This document shows, in pieces, positions 29,351 to 39,560 of a stretch of 64,000 bases of DNA. The DNA lies in the NCBI GenBank assembly GCA_046075565.1, contig JBJTQJ010000119.1:41377-105376 (forward strand), in the 5' to 3' direction. Position 1 is the stretch's first letter. Every line of letters begins with the position of its first letter. Origin of the DNA: Verrucomicrobiales bacterium. GTDB lineage: Bacteria > Verrucomicrobiota > Verrucomicrobiia > Verrucomicrobiales > SLCJ01. A program made the translations under genes and the position numbers. Under the pieces are notes generated by a model that was not told the origin of the DNA, ran no database searches, and saw only the letters and a program-made list of their open reading frames with translations.

Positions 29351-31606
29351 ATGAAACCACATTTTCTCCTCTCCTGGTTCGCCCTGTCGCCGCTGCTTTT
29401 CGCCGCTCCTGCGGTTTTCCCCGGAGCCGATGAAACTACCCCCTCCCAGGCGCACTATTTCACTTGGATCAATAATACCAATGAGGGGCCGATGGCCTCG
29501 CAGACGGCGGCCAATCTCGACTTCTTCAAGTGGCTGCACGACGAATACGGGATGACGCTCGATATCTACGCTTTCGACGCCGGAGCGATCGATGCGCCAG
29601 AGTATTACGGCTCGACCAAGACGCGCAAGTTCCAGCAACAATTCCCCGGGGGCTTCGGACCGTTCGCCGAACAAGCCAAGGGCTTTGGTGGACGTCTCGG
29701 TGTCTGGCTCGGGCCCGACGGCTTCGGCAATAAGCCGGAGGAAGAACAAGCCCGCATCGATCTGCTGGCCGGTCTTTGTCGCGACCAGCGTTTCAAACTA
29801 TTCAAAATGGATGCCGTCTGCGGGCAGCTCCGCGATGAAAAACAGGATGCCTTCATCCGCCTGATGGAAGCATGCCGGAAACATGCGCCCGACCTCATCG
29901 TGCTCAACCACCGGCTGAATCTCGGCCATGCCACTCCCTACGTGACCACTTTCCTCTGGGAAGGCGCCGAGACCTATATTGACGTCCACATGTCCAATAC
30001 CATGACCGCCCCGCACAACCGCGCGAGGGCGCTCGATCGCGGTCTGCCGCCGGAACTCAAACGTCTCGCCGAGGACCATGGTGTTTGTTTATCCTCGTGC
30101 CTCGACTACTGGCAGGACGATTTGATTCTTCAGGCTTTCAACCGCTCGATGATCCTCGCGCCGCAGCTTTACGGCAGCCCATGGTTCCTGCGCGACGACG
30201 AATACCCGCAGCTCGCGCGCATCTTCAATCTCCACCGCAAATACCGCGATATCCTCACCAAAGGCATTGTTCTCCCCGAGGAAAAATATGGCAAATACGC
30301 GGTCTCGCGCGGCGATGACAAAACCCGTCTCATCACCCTGCGCAATCTGACGTGGGAGCCGGTCACCTACACGGTGGCGCTAGATGAGAGTATCGGCCTC
30401 AAGGACGCCGGGCCTCGCGAGGCCCGCCTCTTCCACCCGTATGAAGAAGTGCTCGGCACAATGCTGACCGCAAAAGACACGGTGAAGGTCACCGTCCATC
30501 CTTTCCGCGCCGCTATGTTGCTCGTCACCACCGCGGGCTGCGATGAACCGTCATTGCCCAATGGACCTTACCGCGTCGTGAAAAATGTGAAGGGCAAACC
30601 GCCAATCATCGAGAAGCTGCAGCCCATCGCCCTCAAGCAACCCTGGCACCGCAAGCTGGCGGACCTCAAGCCCATCGACCTTCCCGCCGATTGGCAAGGA
30701 CTCTACGAAGCGACCATGTTCGCCGCTGATAACAATGCCTTGGAACTCCGCAGCCTCGCCCGGTCCGGCCCGTCAAAAATTCCCGCCGTGCAAAAGGCCC
30801 GTCAGGAGTTCCTCGACCAAACCCTCATGAAAGCGCGTGCTCTCTCCGATCAGTTCCTTTTTGATGGCGATCCTTACACCGTGATGGATGTCTTTGTGCG
30901 CAACAAGGACATGCGCATCGCCGAAGGTTGTCTGCGTCTTGATTTTGCCAAGCCAATCGCCTTCGACCGCTTGGAAATCCACACCCAGGCCCTCGACAGC
31001 ACCTTGATCAAAAACGAAATGTCGGGCGCGCAATTCAGCCGCGATTTGGTCAACTGGTCGCCCTCCCAGGAAGCCATCGTGCGTGGCGAAACCCTCACGG
31101 TTTTCCCTCCGGCCGGGGATTGGCGCTACGTGCGCCTGCCCCTCGCTCCGGAACGGGTGGCCGAAGTCGAGGCATGGAAGGGCGATAAAAAACTCCCCCG
31201 CGATGGCTGGCGCGCCAGCAACTTCTTCGCCCACCCGGATGCCGTGCCCGCGGTGCGCGCTTGGTCCACCAAGGTGGCCATTGATGAAATCACCCCGACG
31301 TCCTACCTATGTGTCGCCGTCGAAGGCGAACACGGCATCGAAGGGTGTTACGCCGCCGTGCGCGCGGGCAACCGCCTCATCGGGGCCCCCGAGCGCGCCG
31401 CATCCTACCCATCGAATACCTGGGAGTATCCGGCCAGCGCCCGCAAGACCGGTTACACCTATTTCATCCCGCTTGATGAATCTTTGGTCGGCCAAGAGGT
31501 GGAAGTCATTCTGTTGGGCATGAAAGGCGGAGGAGAAAAGCTCCAGCCCACCGTCTGGCTCACCGCCCGCGACTTGCCTTTCAAAGCGGTCCGCCAGTCG
31601 GAGTAG
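29351..31606 (+). CDS. secreted glycoside hydrolase-like protein of unassigned family
   Basis: Signal peptide; YFTWINN, YAFDAG, LG.WLGP, LFKMD pattern resembling GH27/GH36 barrels; C-terminal beta-sandwich-like region. Confidence 0.6.
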   Translation: MKPHFLLSWFALSPLLFAAPAVFPGADETTPSQAHYFTWINNTNEGPMASQTAANLDFFKWLHDEYGMTLDIYAFDAGAIDAPEYYGSTKTRKFQQQFPGGFGPFAEQAKGFGGRLGVWLGPDGFGNKPEEEQARIDLLAGLCRDQRFKLFKMDAVCGQLRDEKQDAFIRLMEACRKHAPDLIVLNHRLNLGHATPYVTTFLWEGAETYIDVHMSNTMTAPHNRARALDRGLPPELKRLAEDHGVCLSSCLDYWQDDLILQAFNRSMILAPQLYGSPWFLRDDEYPQLARIFNLHRKYRDILTKGIVLPEEKYGKYAVSRGDDKTRLITLRNLTWEPVTYTVALDESIGLKDAGPREARLFHPYEEVLGTMLTAKDTVKVTVHPFRAAMLLVTTAGCDEPSLPNGPYRVVKNVKGKPPIIEKLQPIALKQPWHRKLADLKPIDLPADWQGLYEATMFAADNNALELRSLARSGPSKIPAVQKARQEFLDQTLMKARALSDQFLFDGDPYTVMDVFVRNKDMRIAEGCLRLDFAKPIAFDRLEIHTQALDSTLIKNEMSGAQFSRDLVNWSPSQEAIVRGETLTVFPPAGDWRYVRLPLAPERVAEVEAWKGDKKLPRDGWRASNFFAHPDAVPAVRAWSTKVAIDEITPTSYLCVAVEGEHGIEGCYAAVRAGNRLIGAPERAASYPSNTWEYPASARKTGYTYFIPLDESLVGQEVEVILLGMKGGGEKLQPTVWLTARDLPFKAVRQSE

Positions 31607-31774
31607 GTTTAGCCGGCCAGCATGCGCCAGTGCCAGAATGACCCGGGTGCGGCGGAACCAACGCGGTAAGGGGGGTGGAGGCCATGCTGGCAATGGGCGC
31701 CGGAGCCGGTCCGATGCAAGGAAAAGCGGAAACAACTGGTGAAAGAGGGGCGGGCGGGCATCCGATCCCTCCCG

Positions 31775-33253
31775 ATGCGTCTTCTTTTCCTTTTGCTGGG
31801 CTTGGCCGCCACAGTTCCCGCTTCGGCCGCGAAGCCGCCGAATATCGTATTCATCCTCGCTGACGATCTCGGTTACGGCGAACTCGGTTGTTATGGACAA
31901 ACGAAAATTCCGACGCCGCATCTCGATCGGATGGCGGCGGAGGGAGCGAGGTTCACCCGGCACTACTCGGGGGCACCGGTTTGTGCTCCCGCGAGATGCA
32001 CGTTGCTCACCGGTCAACATACCGGCCATGCCGAGATCCGCGGCAACCGCCAGGCGAACATCGATTTTTCCGCCTTCGATGAGGGGCAATATCCAATCAG
32101 CGATGGAGCCATCACCATCGCTGAAGTGATGAAGAAAGCGGGTTACCAAACCGCAGCCATCGGGAAATGGGGACTCGGGCCGGTCGGCAGCACGGGTGAT
32201 CCGAATCGCCAGGGCTTTGACCTCTTTTTTGGCTACAACTGCCAGGCCGTCGCGCATTCCTTTTATCCCGCCCACCTCTGGCGCAACAGCGAGAAGGTTG
32301 CGCTCAACACTCCGGCCATTCCCGGTCACGCCAAACAACCGAAGGGCGAGGTGCGCGCGGAAAAGTGGATTGGTAAACAATACGCACCCGACCTCATGAT
32401 TGGGGAAGCGGAGTCCTTCATTGCCCGCCATGGCAAGGAACCTTTTTTCCTCTACCTTGCTTTTATCGAGCCCCATGTGGCCATGCACCCGCCATTGGAT
32501 CGGCTCGATGGCTTTCCAAAGGAATGGGACAAAACACCCTATCGTGGCGAATGCGGATACCTTCCGCACCCGCGACCTCGTGCGGCATATGCTGCCATGA
32601 TCGCCGATCTTGATCGTCATGTCGGACGGGTGCGCGTCGCCCTTGAGAAACAAGGGATCCTCGATGATACCTTGATCGTCTTCACCAGCGACAATGGTAC
32701 CACCCACGAGGGCAAGGATGGAACCAACTTCAACATCGGTGGATGTGACGCCGCGTTCTTCAATAGCACCGCCGGGCTGCGCGGCTACAAAGGTTCGGTT
32801 TATGAAGGAGGTTTGCGGGTTCCGTGTATCGCGCGCTGGCCGGGCAGGATCCCCGCTGGATCGCTCGTCGATGTGCCATCGTATTTTCCGGACTGGTTTC
32901 CGACCCTTGCCGCGGCGGCCGTGGGTGTGGAGTCACCTCCCGATCTCGACGGCGTGAATCTTCTGCCGCTGCTCGAGGGAAAAGTTGCTTCCCTCGCTTC
33001 CCGACCCTTGCTCTGGGTTTATCCGGAATACGGTGGTCAGGTGGCGATGCTCCGTGACAACATGAAGGTCCTCCGGCGCGGTCTGCGGGGAAAGAAACCC
33101 GGTCCGTGGGAAGTCTATGACCTCGCGAAAGATTCCGGTGAAAAGAACAACCTCGCGGAGACCATGCCGGACTTGATTCGGACAGCGGAAGATACCCTGA
33201 ACGCGCAGATGAAGGAAAACCGCCTGTTCCCGCTAGCGCTTCCCGGGAAGTGA
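31775..33253 (+). CDS. secreted arylsulfatase (S1 family)
   Basis: PNIVFILADDLG, CAPAR formylglycine motif with LLTG, GKWGLG, FTSDNG, K...YEGG.RVP. Confidence 0.95.
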   Translation: MRLLFLLLGLAATVPASAAKPPNIVFILADDLGYGELGCYGQTKIPTPHLDRMAAEGARFTRHYSGAPVCAPARCTLLTGQHTGHAEIRGNRQANIDFSAFDEGQYPISDGAITIAEVMKKAGYQTAAIGKWGLGPVGSTGDPNRQGFDLFFGYNCQAVAHSFYPAHLWRNSEKVALNTPAIPGHAKQPKGEVRAEKWIGKQYAPDLMIGEAESFIARHGKEPFFLYLAFIEPHVAMHPPLDRLDGFPKEWDKTPYRGECGYLPHPRPRAAYAAMIADLDRHVGRVRVALEKQGILDDTLIVFTSDNGTTHEGKDGTNFNIGGCDAAFFNSTAGLRGYKGSVYEGGLRVPCIARWPGRIPAGSLVDVPSYFPDWFPTLAAAAVGVESPPDLDGVNLLPLLEGKVASLASRPLLWVYPEYGGQVAMLRDNMKVLRRGLRGKKPGPWEVYDLAKDSGEKNNLAETMPDLIRTAEDTLNAQMKENRLFPLALPGK

Positions 33254-33309
33254 TCGGGTAGGAGCAACGGCGACAGGCGGCACCTCTCGTCTGGTGGCTC
33301 AGGGAATAT

Positions 33310-33549
33310 TCACTGCTTCTGACTTGTGGACGGCTCTTCCGATGAGCGCTCGGCGACTTGCAGGCGCTTGCAGTTGGCACTCACCGCCAGGGCGAAGGCG
33401 GCTGCAAAGAATCCGACAAGGCTACTGCCGATGAGTTTCGCGACCAGCGGATTCCAGTCCTCCGCCCAGATGGCAACGAGGCTGAGCAGGACACATAGCC
33501 CAAGGCAGATGTAGAAGATGCGATAGAGGAGGCGATTGGCTTTGCTCAT
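33310..33549 (-). CDS. small two-TM membrane protein
   Basis: 79 aa ORF with two hydrophobic helices filling the intergenic gap. Confidence 0.6.
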   Translation of the reverse strand: MSKANRLLYRIFYICLGLCVLLSLVAIWAEDWNPLVAKLIGSSLVGFFAAAFALAVSANCKRLQVAERSSEEPSTSQKQ

Positions 33550-33701
33550 ACGATGGCGTGGGTTGACGGCACAAAAGGCAGCCGATGCTCATCCCAACGT
33601 CGTGCTATTTTAGTGCGAATCAACTATCTACACACTTCCCAATAACTGCAGATTCTGCTGTTCGGTCCTGGGCGCGTTGGATCTCGGCGTTCCGCAACTC
33701 C

Positions 33702-35066
33702 TCACGTCCGGACCAGCGCCACAAGCTGCTTCCTCACTTCATCTACCACCGGGCTCCACTCCCTTGGCTGTGTCTGGCGGAAGAGCTTCATGCCCGGATA
33801 CCAGGGGCTATCGGACCGGTTGAGCATCCATCGCCAGTCGGGGACGCTCGGCAACAATACCCAGACGGGCTTGGCCATGGCACCCGCGAGGTGCGCGACC
33901 GCCGTGTCCACGGTGATCACCAAGTCGAGATTGGCAATGAGCGCCGCCGTATCGGAGAAATCCTTCAGTTGTTTGGAGAAATCGATCGGGTTGAATCCGC
34001 CCGGCGAGGATTTCGATTCGGTGGTGCCGGGACCTTTCTGAAGTGAAAAAAGGCGCACCCCGTGAACCTTGGCTAGCGGGTCAAGGTTCGCGAGTTTGAT
34101 GCTGCGGTTGCGATCATTTGTGTGGGTGGGTCGCCCGGCCCACGCGAGACCCACCTTGAGATGCGGGGAATATTTTTCCAGACGTGACCGCCAACCCGCC
34201 ACGGTTTTCGGCGCCGCGGTTAGATACGGGATATGGCACGGGATGTTCTTTTCGTCCGTGGCAAAGAGCCGTGGCAAGCTCAGAAACGGACAATGCACGT
34301 CAAAAGCGGGCAGAGGTTCACCCTTTGTTAGCACGGGAATATCCCGATCCATCGAATGGAAAAGCCCGAGAAGTTCCTTCTCACATTCGATGATCACGCG
34401 TCCCCCGCGCCGGAGCACGAGGGGAACATAACGGACGAACTGGATGGCATCCCCGAATCCCTGCTCCGTATGCAGAAGGATGGTGCGCCCCTGCAGTGGA
34501 CCGCCCTCCCACTGGGGCTGCGGGAAGCCGCGTGGTCGGGAGGTGAAATCGTCACAATGCCATCGCCACTCGTATTCATGCCATCCCTCGTGGAAACGGC
34601 CCAGGAGGAGATGGACCAACGAACTGTCTCCGTGGGCTTCCGCGAAGTGCGGTCGAAGTTTGATGGCCCGGCGGTAGGAGACGAGGGCCTCGTCGAATCG
34701 CCCCTGTTCGCGCAGGACCCTGCCAAGGCAGAAATGCGCCTCGGCCTGCGAAGGAGCGAGGGCGATGGCCTGCCGATGGGCGGCCTCGGCTTCGTCCAAA
34801 CGGTCCAGTTTCCACAACACGATCCCCAACTGGCCATAAGAGGCGGCATGCATGGGTCGGAAAGCGATCGCCTGCCGGAGCAGGGATTCACCGTCCTCAT
34901 GCCGGCCTGTCTGGCAGGCAATCGCCCCCAGAAGCTCGAGAGCATCCGGATGCCGGGAATCGACGGTAAGAATCTGTCGGCAGAGCCCCTCGGCCTCATT
35001 CAAGCGACCCGCCTGCCGATGCTGGGAGGCCAGATCGAAGGCCTGCTGGAGGGTTACTTCGGGCAT
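33702..35066 (-). CDS. TPR-repeat protein with glycosyltransferase-like (GT9-type) C-terminal domain
   Basis: N-terminal TPRs, GW..YEWRW, EQGFGDAIQF.RY, VGLAWAG, DLVITVDTAVAHLAGA, DWRW...R.DSPWYP. Confidence 0.88.
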   Translation of the reverse strand: MPEVTLQQAFDLASQHRQAGRLNEAEGLCRQILTVDSRHPDALELLGAIACQTGRHEDGESLLRQAIAFRPMHAASYGQLGIVLWKLDRLDEAEAAHRQAIALAPSQAEAHFCLGRVLREQGRFDEALVSYRRAIKLRPHFAEAHGDSSLVHLLLGRFHEGWHEYEWRWHCDDFTSRPRGFPQPQWEGGPLQGRTILLHTEQGFGDAIQFVRYVPLVLRRGGRVIIECEKELLGLFHSMDRDIPVLTKGEPLPAFDVHCPFLSLPRLFATDEKNIPCHIPYLTAAPKTVAGWRSRLEKYSPHLKVGLAWAGRPTHTNDRNRSIKLANLDPLAKVHGVRLFSLQKGPGTTESKSSPGGFNPIDFSKQLKDFSDTAALIANLDLVITVDTAVAHLAGAMAKPVWVLLPSVPDWRWMLNRSDSPWYPGMKLFRQTQPREWSPVVDEVRKQLVALVRT

Positions 35067-35256
35067 GGCTGGATTGTAGGTGCCCCGATCTTCTCCGCAA
35101 CACCGATTGATGTCGGAATCGCAAAATCCCAGGCGTGCGCTGCGGTAAGGCGCGTCGTGATCCGAGGGAAGGGTGTGTCGTCCTCTCCAGATCAGGCGAA
35201 TGATTGAGGCGAAGCCTTCCTGTCCGGATTCTCTAAAAATCCGATTTTACTCTTGT

Positions 35257-35275
35257 AATGAGACCCAGTCGCATT
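35257..35275. promoter_or_regulatory. 19-bp palindrome, putative Fur-family operator
   Basis: AATGAGAC-CCA-GTCGCATT (7/8 arm match), 15 nt before the TonB-dependent receptor start. Confidence 0.6.
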
Positions 35276-35290
35276 TAGTGTCGGGATTCC

Positions 35291-37564
35291 ATGACCGACA
35301 GCAACACCAACACACTCGCAACGAACCGTAGATCCTTCCGATTGGTCCTGGCCGCGCTGGCCGGACTAGGCGGGATTTCCCAAGCCCAGACCGCAAATCC
35401 GACGGCGGCGGCAGCCCCGCCTGCGTGGGAAATCTTGCCGGCGGTGACGGTGATTGGTTCGGCGGAGGCGGTGCGCGACTTGGCGGGTGCCGGGGCCTAT
35501 CTCGACCGGACCATCCTCGACGAGCAGAACTACACGAATCCGAACCGGGTGCTCGCCCGCGTTCCGGGGGTTTATCTGCGGGAAGAGGACGGAAACGGGA
35601 ATTTTCCCAACGTTTCGTTGCGCGGGGTGGATTCCTCACGTTCCTCGAAAGTAACGTTGATGGAAGACGGGATCCTCACGGCACCCGCTCCTTACAGCGC
35701 GCCGGCGGCCTATTATTTCCCGAAGATCGCCCGGATGAACGCGGTCGAAGTGCTCAAGGGATCCAGCCAGGTGCGTTATGGTCCGCATTCCACCGGCGGG
35801 GTGATCAATTTTGTCTCCACACCGATACCGGAGACGACCGCCGGCATGGCGAAGCTGACCTACGGTAGCGATAACACGTGGCTCGGGCATTTCCATCACG
35901 GGGATGTGGTCGAAACCAAAGCGGGGAAGATCGGCTGGGTTTTGGAACTCTTCGGCCAGACCAGCGAGGGCTTCCGCACCATTGAAGACGGCACCGGATA
36001 TGCCGGTTCCAACGAAACCGGATTCCAGACCATCGAGCCGATGCTGAAACTTTCTTGGGAACCGGCCGGCGGTCCCCCGCAGCGCTTCGAATTCAAGATC
36101 GGCTATAGCGACTTCGAGGCCGATGAAACCTATCTCGGATTGACCGAGAGCGATGTGCGGTCGCGTCCTTACATCCGCTATGCCGCAACCCGTTTCGACA
36201 ACATCGAGAGCGAACATTTCCGTTCCTACCTGCGGCACCGCATCGAGGTGAGTGACAACGTGCGTTTCGATAGTGCAATCTACTACAATCGCTTCGAGCG
36301 GGATTGGTTCAAACTCGACAGCATCACCCGTCCGGATGGGAAAAAAATGGGGCTATCCACCGCGCTCATGAACCCGGGCGACGTGGCCATTCTGCGTGGA
36401 CGTGCGGGCGGCAATTTGAACGTGCGCCACAACGATCGTGTTTACGAAAGCTACGGCGCACAAACGACTTCGACCATCACCTTCAATACGGGCAAACTCG
36501 AGCACTCGCTCGACCTCGGCTTGCGCTTGCATTTCGACTCCCATTCCCGGGATCAGTTCGACGAAATTTTCACCCAGGATGGGAGCGGGCGCATCGTCAA
36601 GAAGGGGCGCACGGCCGCCCACAGCGCGGGCTGGCGCGACGAGGAGGCGACCGCTTTGGCTTTGTTCGCCGAGGACAGCATCCGTGTCGGTAATTTCACC
36701 TTCAAGCCGGGCCTCCGTTATGAGCGCATCGACTATTCACTCAATGATCTGGCCGCCGGAGATTCGGGCGACAAATCACTGGACGTCTTCGCTCCGGGTA
36801 TTGGCGCCACTTGGGATGCGATGAATGATTTGACCCTATTCGGTGGTGTCTACCGTGGATTCTCGGTGCCGGATCCTTTGGGTTTCGTGCGAGACGGACT
36901 TACGGAGGAAACATCCACCGGATACGAGTTGGGCGCGCGCTGGTCGAATGATGCGGCGGCTTTTGGCATCGAGTTGGTCGGCTTTTATACCAAGTTCGAC
37001 GACCTGCTGGTGATCAACAACATCGGGGGTACCGGAACAGGAGTCTCCGAGAACGTGGGGGAAGTGGAGAGCGCCGGCTTCGAGTTCGCAGTCTCCTGGG
37101 ATCCGCTAGCCGCGCAAGGTGCCGCCGTTACGTTGCCCCTGCATCTCGGTGTCACTTACACCGACGCGACCCTCGCTTCCGATGCCGCCTCCAGCGACGC
37201 GGCTTCGATTTTCTCCAATGCGAAGTCGGGCAATCGCCTGCCCTACATCCCCGAATGGGCGCTCAGCGCGGGCGTCGGACTCCGCGGGGAAAAATGGGGA
37301 GTGAATCTCGACATGTCGTATGTCTCCGAGACATTCACCTCGGCCGGAAATGTCGATGCGCCCACTACCGACGCGCGTTTCGGCAAAACCGACGAGGCGT
37401 TCATTTTCGACCTTTCCGCCCACTACAAGATCCGGGAAAACATGCGGATCATCGGCGGGGTGAGCAACCTGTTTGAAGAGGAATACGTGAGCAGCCGCTT
37501 GCCGCAAGGCCCGCGCACGGGGGCACCCCGCCAGTTCCATGTCGGTGTCGAGTGCACCTGGTAA
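35291..37564 (+). CDS. TonB-dependent receptor, FecA-like
   Basis: Signal peptide, plug domain (RVPGV..R.EDG.G..PN..LRG, EVLKG...YGP...GGVIN), beta-barrel with NLFEEEY and terminal W. Confidence 0.93.
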   Translation: MTDSNTNTLATNRRSFRLVLAALAGLGGISQAQTANPTAAAAPPAWEILPAVTVIGSAEAVRDLAGAGAYLDRTILDEQNYTNPNRVLARVPGVYLREEDGNGNFPNVSLRGVDSSRSSKVTLMEDGILTAPAPYSAPAAYYFPKIARMNAVEVLKGSSQVRYGPHSTGGVINFVSTPIPETTAGMAKLTYGSDNTWLGHFHHGDVVETKAGKIGWVLELFGQTSEGFRTIEDGTGYAGSNETGFQTIEPMLKLSWEPAGGPPQRFEFKIGYSDFEADETYLGLTESDVRSRPYIRYAATRFDNIESEHFRSYLRHRIEVSDNVRFDSAIYYNRFERDWFKLDSITRPDGKKMGLSTALMNPGDVAILRGRAGGNLNVRHNDRVYESYGAQTTSTITFNTGKLEHSLDLGLRLHFDSHSRDQFDEIFTQDGSGRIVKKGRTAAHSAGWRDEEATALALFAEDSIRVGNFTFKPGLRYERIDYSLNDLAAGDSGDKSLDVFAPGIGATWDAMNDLTLFGGVYRGFSVPDPLGFVRDGLTEETSTGYELGARWSNDAAAFGIELVGFYTKFDDLLVINNIGGTGTGVSENVGEVESAGFEFAVSWDPLAAQGAAVTLPLHLGVTYTDATLASDAASSDAASIFSNAKSGNRLPYIPEWALSAGVGLRGEKWGVNLDMSYVSETFTSAGNVDAPTTDARFGKTDEAFIFDLSAHYKIRENMRIIGGVSNLFEEEYVSSRLPQGPRTGAPRQFHVGVECTW

Positions 37565-37627
37565 GCCACCCTCATTCCGCCTTGCGACATCGCTGGTCGG
37601 GGCGATGTTTACCGTCCCCTCGAATCC

Positions 37628-38440
37628 ATGAGACCAACCCACCAGCCGACGGTCGATTCCGTTGCGCCTGCCCTGCGGGCATCCCCGCAGGAGGGTGGTC
37701 CTTGGGCGCACGGTAGCGAGTGGTTTGCCCGTCTGATTGGATTCCAGTTGCTGGTTGTGGCATTTGCCTTGGCAGGCTCGTGGTCACGTGCGCTCCATTC
37801 GCCGCTCATTCCAGCCGTGGCGTCGGATGAGGTGCCGGTTATCGATTTTCCGGTGGAACAAGTCGGAATCGGTCCGCTCAGCAACGATACCACCGCCCAG
37901 ATTTCCGAAACTGTCGAGACTCCGGCGGAACCAATGGTGCCCGAGCTGGTCGAAGCCGCACCACTGGAGTCCCAGCCCGCGGAGTCGCCGGTGCCCGAAC
38001 TGGTCGAAGCCCTGCCCGCGCCCGCGGAAAGGCCCGCTGCCGTGGTTGAGGAGCCGAGGGAACGCCCGCGCCCGGTCGTCAACACGGCATCCAATACCCG
38101 GCCTACGGCGCCCGCAAATCCGGTTGCCCGGACATCTCCACCGACCACCGATGGAGGCACCGGCACCGCTTCGTCACCGATGCTTCTCGGCGCGATTGGC
38201 TCGGGGCGGTTCCCCTTGCCCCCGTATCCAGCGGAGGCACGTCGCCGGGGGATCGAAGGAAAAGTGATGCTGCTTGTTGAGGTGTCGGCGAGCGGAAGAC
38301 CCGGTGTTCCGCGCATCGAATCGACCAGTGGTTCTTCTTCGCTTGATCGGGCGGCGCTGGATTGGATCCGCGCCCGTTGGCGATGGGATCCGGGACCGGT
38401 CCGTTACTATCGCATCCCCATTTCTTATCAGATACGATGA
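37628..38440 (+). CDS. tonB: energy transducer TonB
   Basis: N-terminal TM, Pro/Glu-rich linker, PPYPAEARRRGIEGKV, SG...LD.AA. Confidence 0.88.
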   Translation: MRPTHQPTVDSVAPALRASPQEGGPWAHGSEWFARLIGFQLLVVAFALAGSWSRALHSPLIPAVASDEVPVIDFPVEQVGIGPLSNDTTAQISETVETPAEPMVPELVEAAPLESQPAESPVPELVEALPAPAERPAAVVEEPRERPRPVVNTASNTRPTAPANPVARTSPPTTDGGTGTASSPMLLGAIGSGRFPLPPYPAEARRRGIEGKVMLLVEVSASGRPGVPRIESTSGSSSLDRAALDWIRARWRWDPGPVRYYRIPISYQIR

Positions 38441-39081
38441 ATCCGATTTTCGCGCATGTTATGTTGGACCTCTTCCGCGATGGCGGCCCGATCATGTGGC
38501 CCATCGCGGTCGTCATGGTTTTCGCCGTAGCCATGGTGGCTGAACGGGTGCTCTGGTGGCTGGGAGCCGCCGCCTCCCGCCAGCCGAAGGAAGTGGAAAA
38601 ATGCTTCGCCGCCGTGGAAACCGGTCGTCTCGAGGAGGCCGAACGTATCGCCGCCGAAGGTCGTGATCCTGTTTTGCGTGTGATGTCCGAAGGGCTTGCC
38701 CACCGCGAGGGGGCATTCCATGGCGCCTTGCAGTCGGCGGCCAGCCGCGAGCTGCGAGCAGGAGCACGGTTTCTAACAGGACTCGATACAATCATTACCC
38801 TCGGTCCGCTGCTCGGGCTTCTCGGCACCGTCACGGGGATCATGGCGAGCTTTACTTCCATGGGTGACGCCGAACTTGCCATCGACAAGGTCACCGGCGG
38901 CATCGGCGAGGCGCTCATCGCAACCGCCTTCGGATTGGGCATCGCCATTTTCACCCTCATTCCATACAATTGGTGTCATTCGCGCCTGACGCGACTGCAG
39001 CAGGATTTGGAAATGGCGGCTAACAACCTCGAAGTTCTTCTCACAGCGCGGGGATTCCGGCCCGGTCCGGGAGTCGGCTGA
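38437..39081 (+). CDS. exbB: MotA/TolQ/ExbB proton channel protein
   Basis: GG.IMWPI, LGPLLGLLGTVTGI, GI.EALIATAFGL; ATGA overlap with tonB. Confidence 0.9.
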   Translation: MNPIFAHVMLDLFRDGGPIMWPIAVVMVFAVAMVAERVLWWLGAAASRQPKEVEKCFAAVETGRLEEAERIAAEGRDPVLRVMSEGLAHREGAFHGALQSAASRELRAGARFLTGLDTIITLGPLLGLLGTVTGIMASFTSMGDAELAIDKVTGGIGEALIATAFGLGIAIFTLIPYNWCHSRLTRLQQDLEMAANNLEVLLTARGFRPGPGVG

Positions 39082-39110
39082 GCCGGGTTCATTCCAAGCC
39101 AATCGAGGCC

Positions 39111-39560
39111 ATGAAGTTTCCCAGTCCCATTCCCGGCAAACGCGCGCGGCTCGAGATCATCCCGTTGATCGACATCATGTTTTTCCTGCTGGCCGCATTC
39201 GTGTTGGTCAGCCTGACCATGGTGAAACAGCTGACCATCAAAGTGGACCTGCCGGCGGTCGCCGAGGCCTTGCGCGACTCGAGCCGCGTCGAACCTTTTT
39301 CCATCGGTGTGGACGCCGAGGGCAACATCCATGCGGGCGAGGAATTGGTCGATCTCGAAACCCTGCGCACGAAGCTGACCGAACGCCTCGCCGCCGATAA
39401 GGAAACCCAGGTCATCATCAGCGGTGATGTCCGGGTCACGCATGGTGCGATGATCGGGGTGCTGGAATTCGTGCGCTCCTGCGGTGTGAACAAAGTCGCC
39501 TTTGCCGTCCGCGCCCGCGCGGGTGGCGAACCGGTGCCCATGGAGGGAGGAACGCCGTGA
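39111..39560 (+). CDS. exbD: ExbD/TolR protein
   Basis: IIPLIDIMFFLL..F, V.LP, I.GD. Confidence 0.9.
   Translation: MKFPSPIPGKRARLEIIPLIDIMFFLLAAFVLVSLTMVKQLTIKVDLPAVAEALRDSSRVEPFSIGVDAEGNIHAGEELVDLETLRTKLTERLAADKETQVIISGDVRVTHGAMIGVLEFVRSCGVNKVAFAVRARAGGEPVPMEGGTP

Noticed and set aside
33550..33701. Integron attC-like fragments around the small membrane gene (GATCTCGGCGTTCCGC; GTTGGGA on the minus strand)
   Set aside because: No matching R''/L boxes forming a full site, orientations disagree, and no integrase is present
35067..35290. Cobalamin riboswitch upstream of the TonB-dependent receptor
   Set aside because: No B12-box or conserved core seen; a Fur-like palindrome explains the region better
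37920..38030. Direct repeat within tonB (VPELVEA twice)
   Set aside because: Ordinary duplication in the Pro-rich TonB linker
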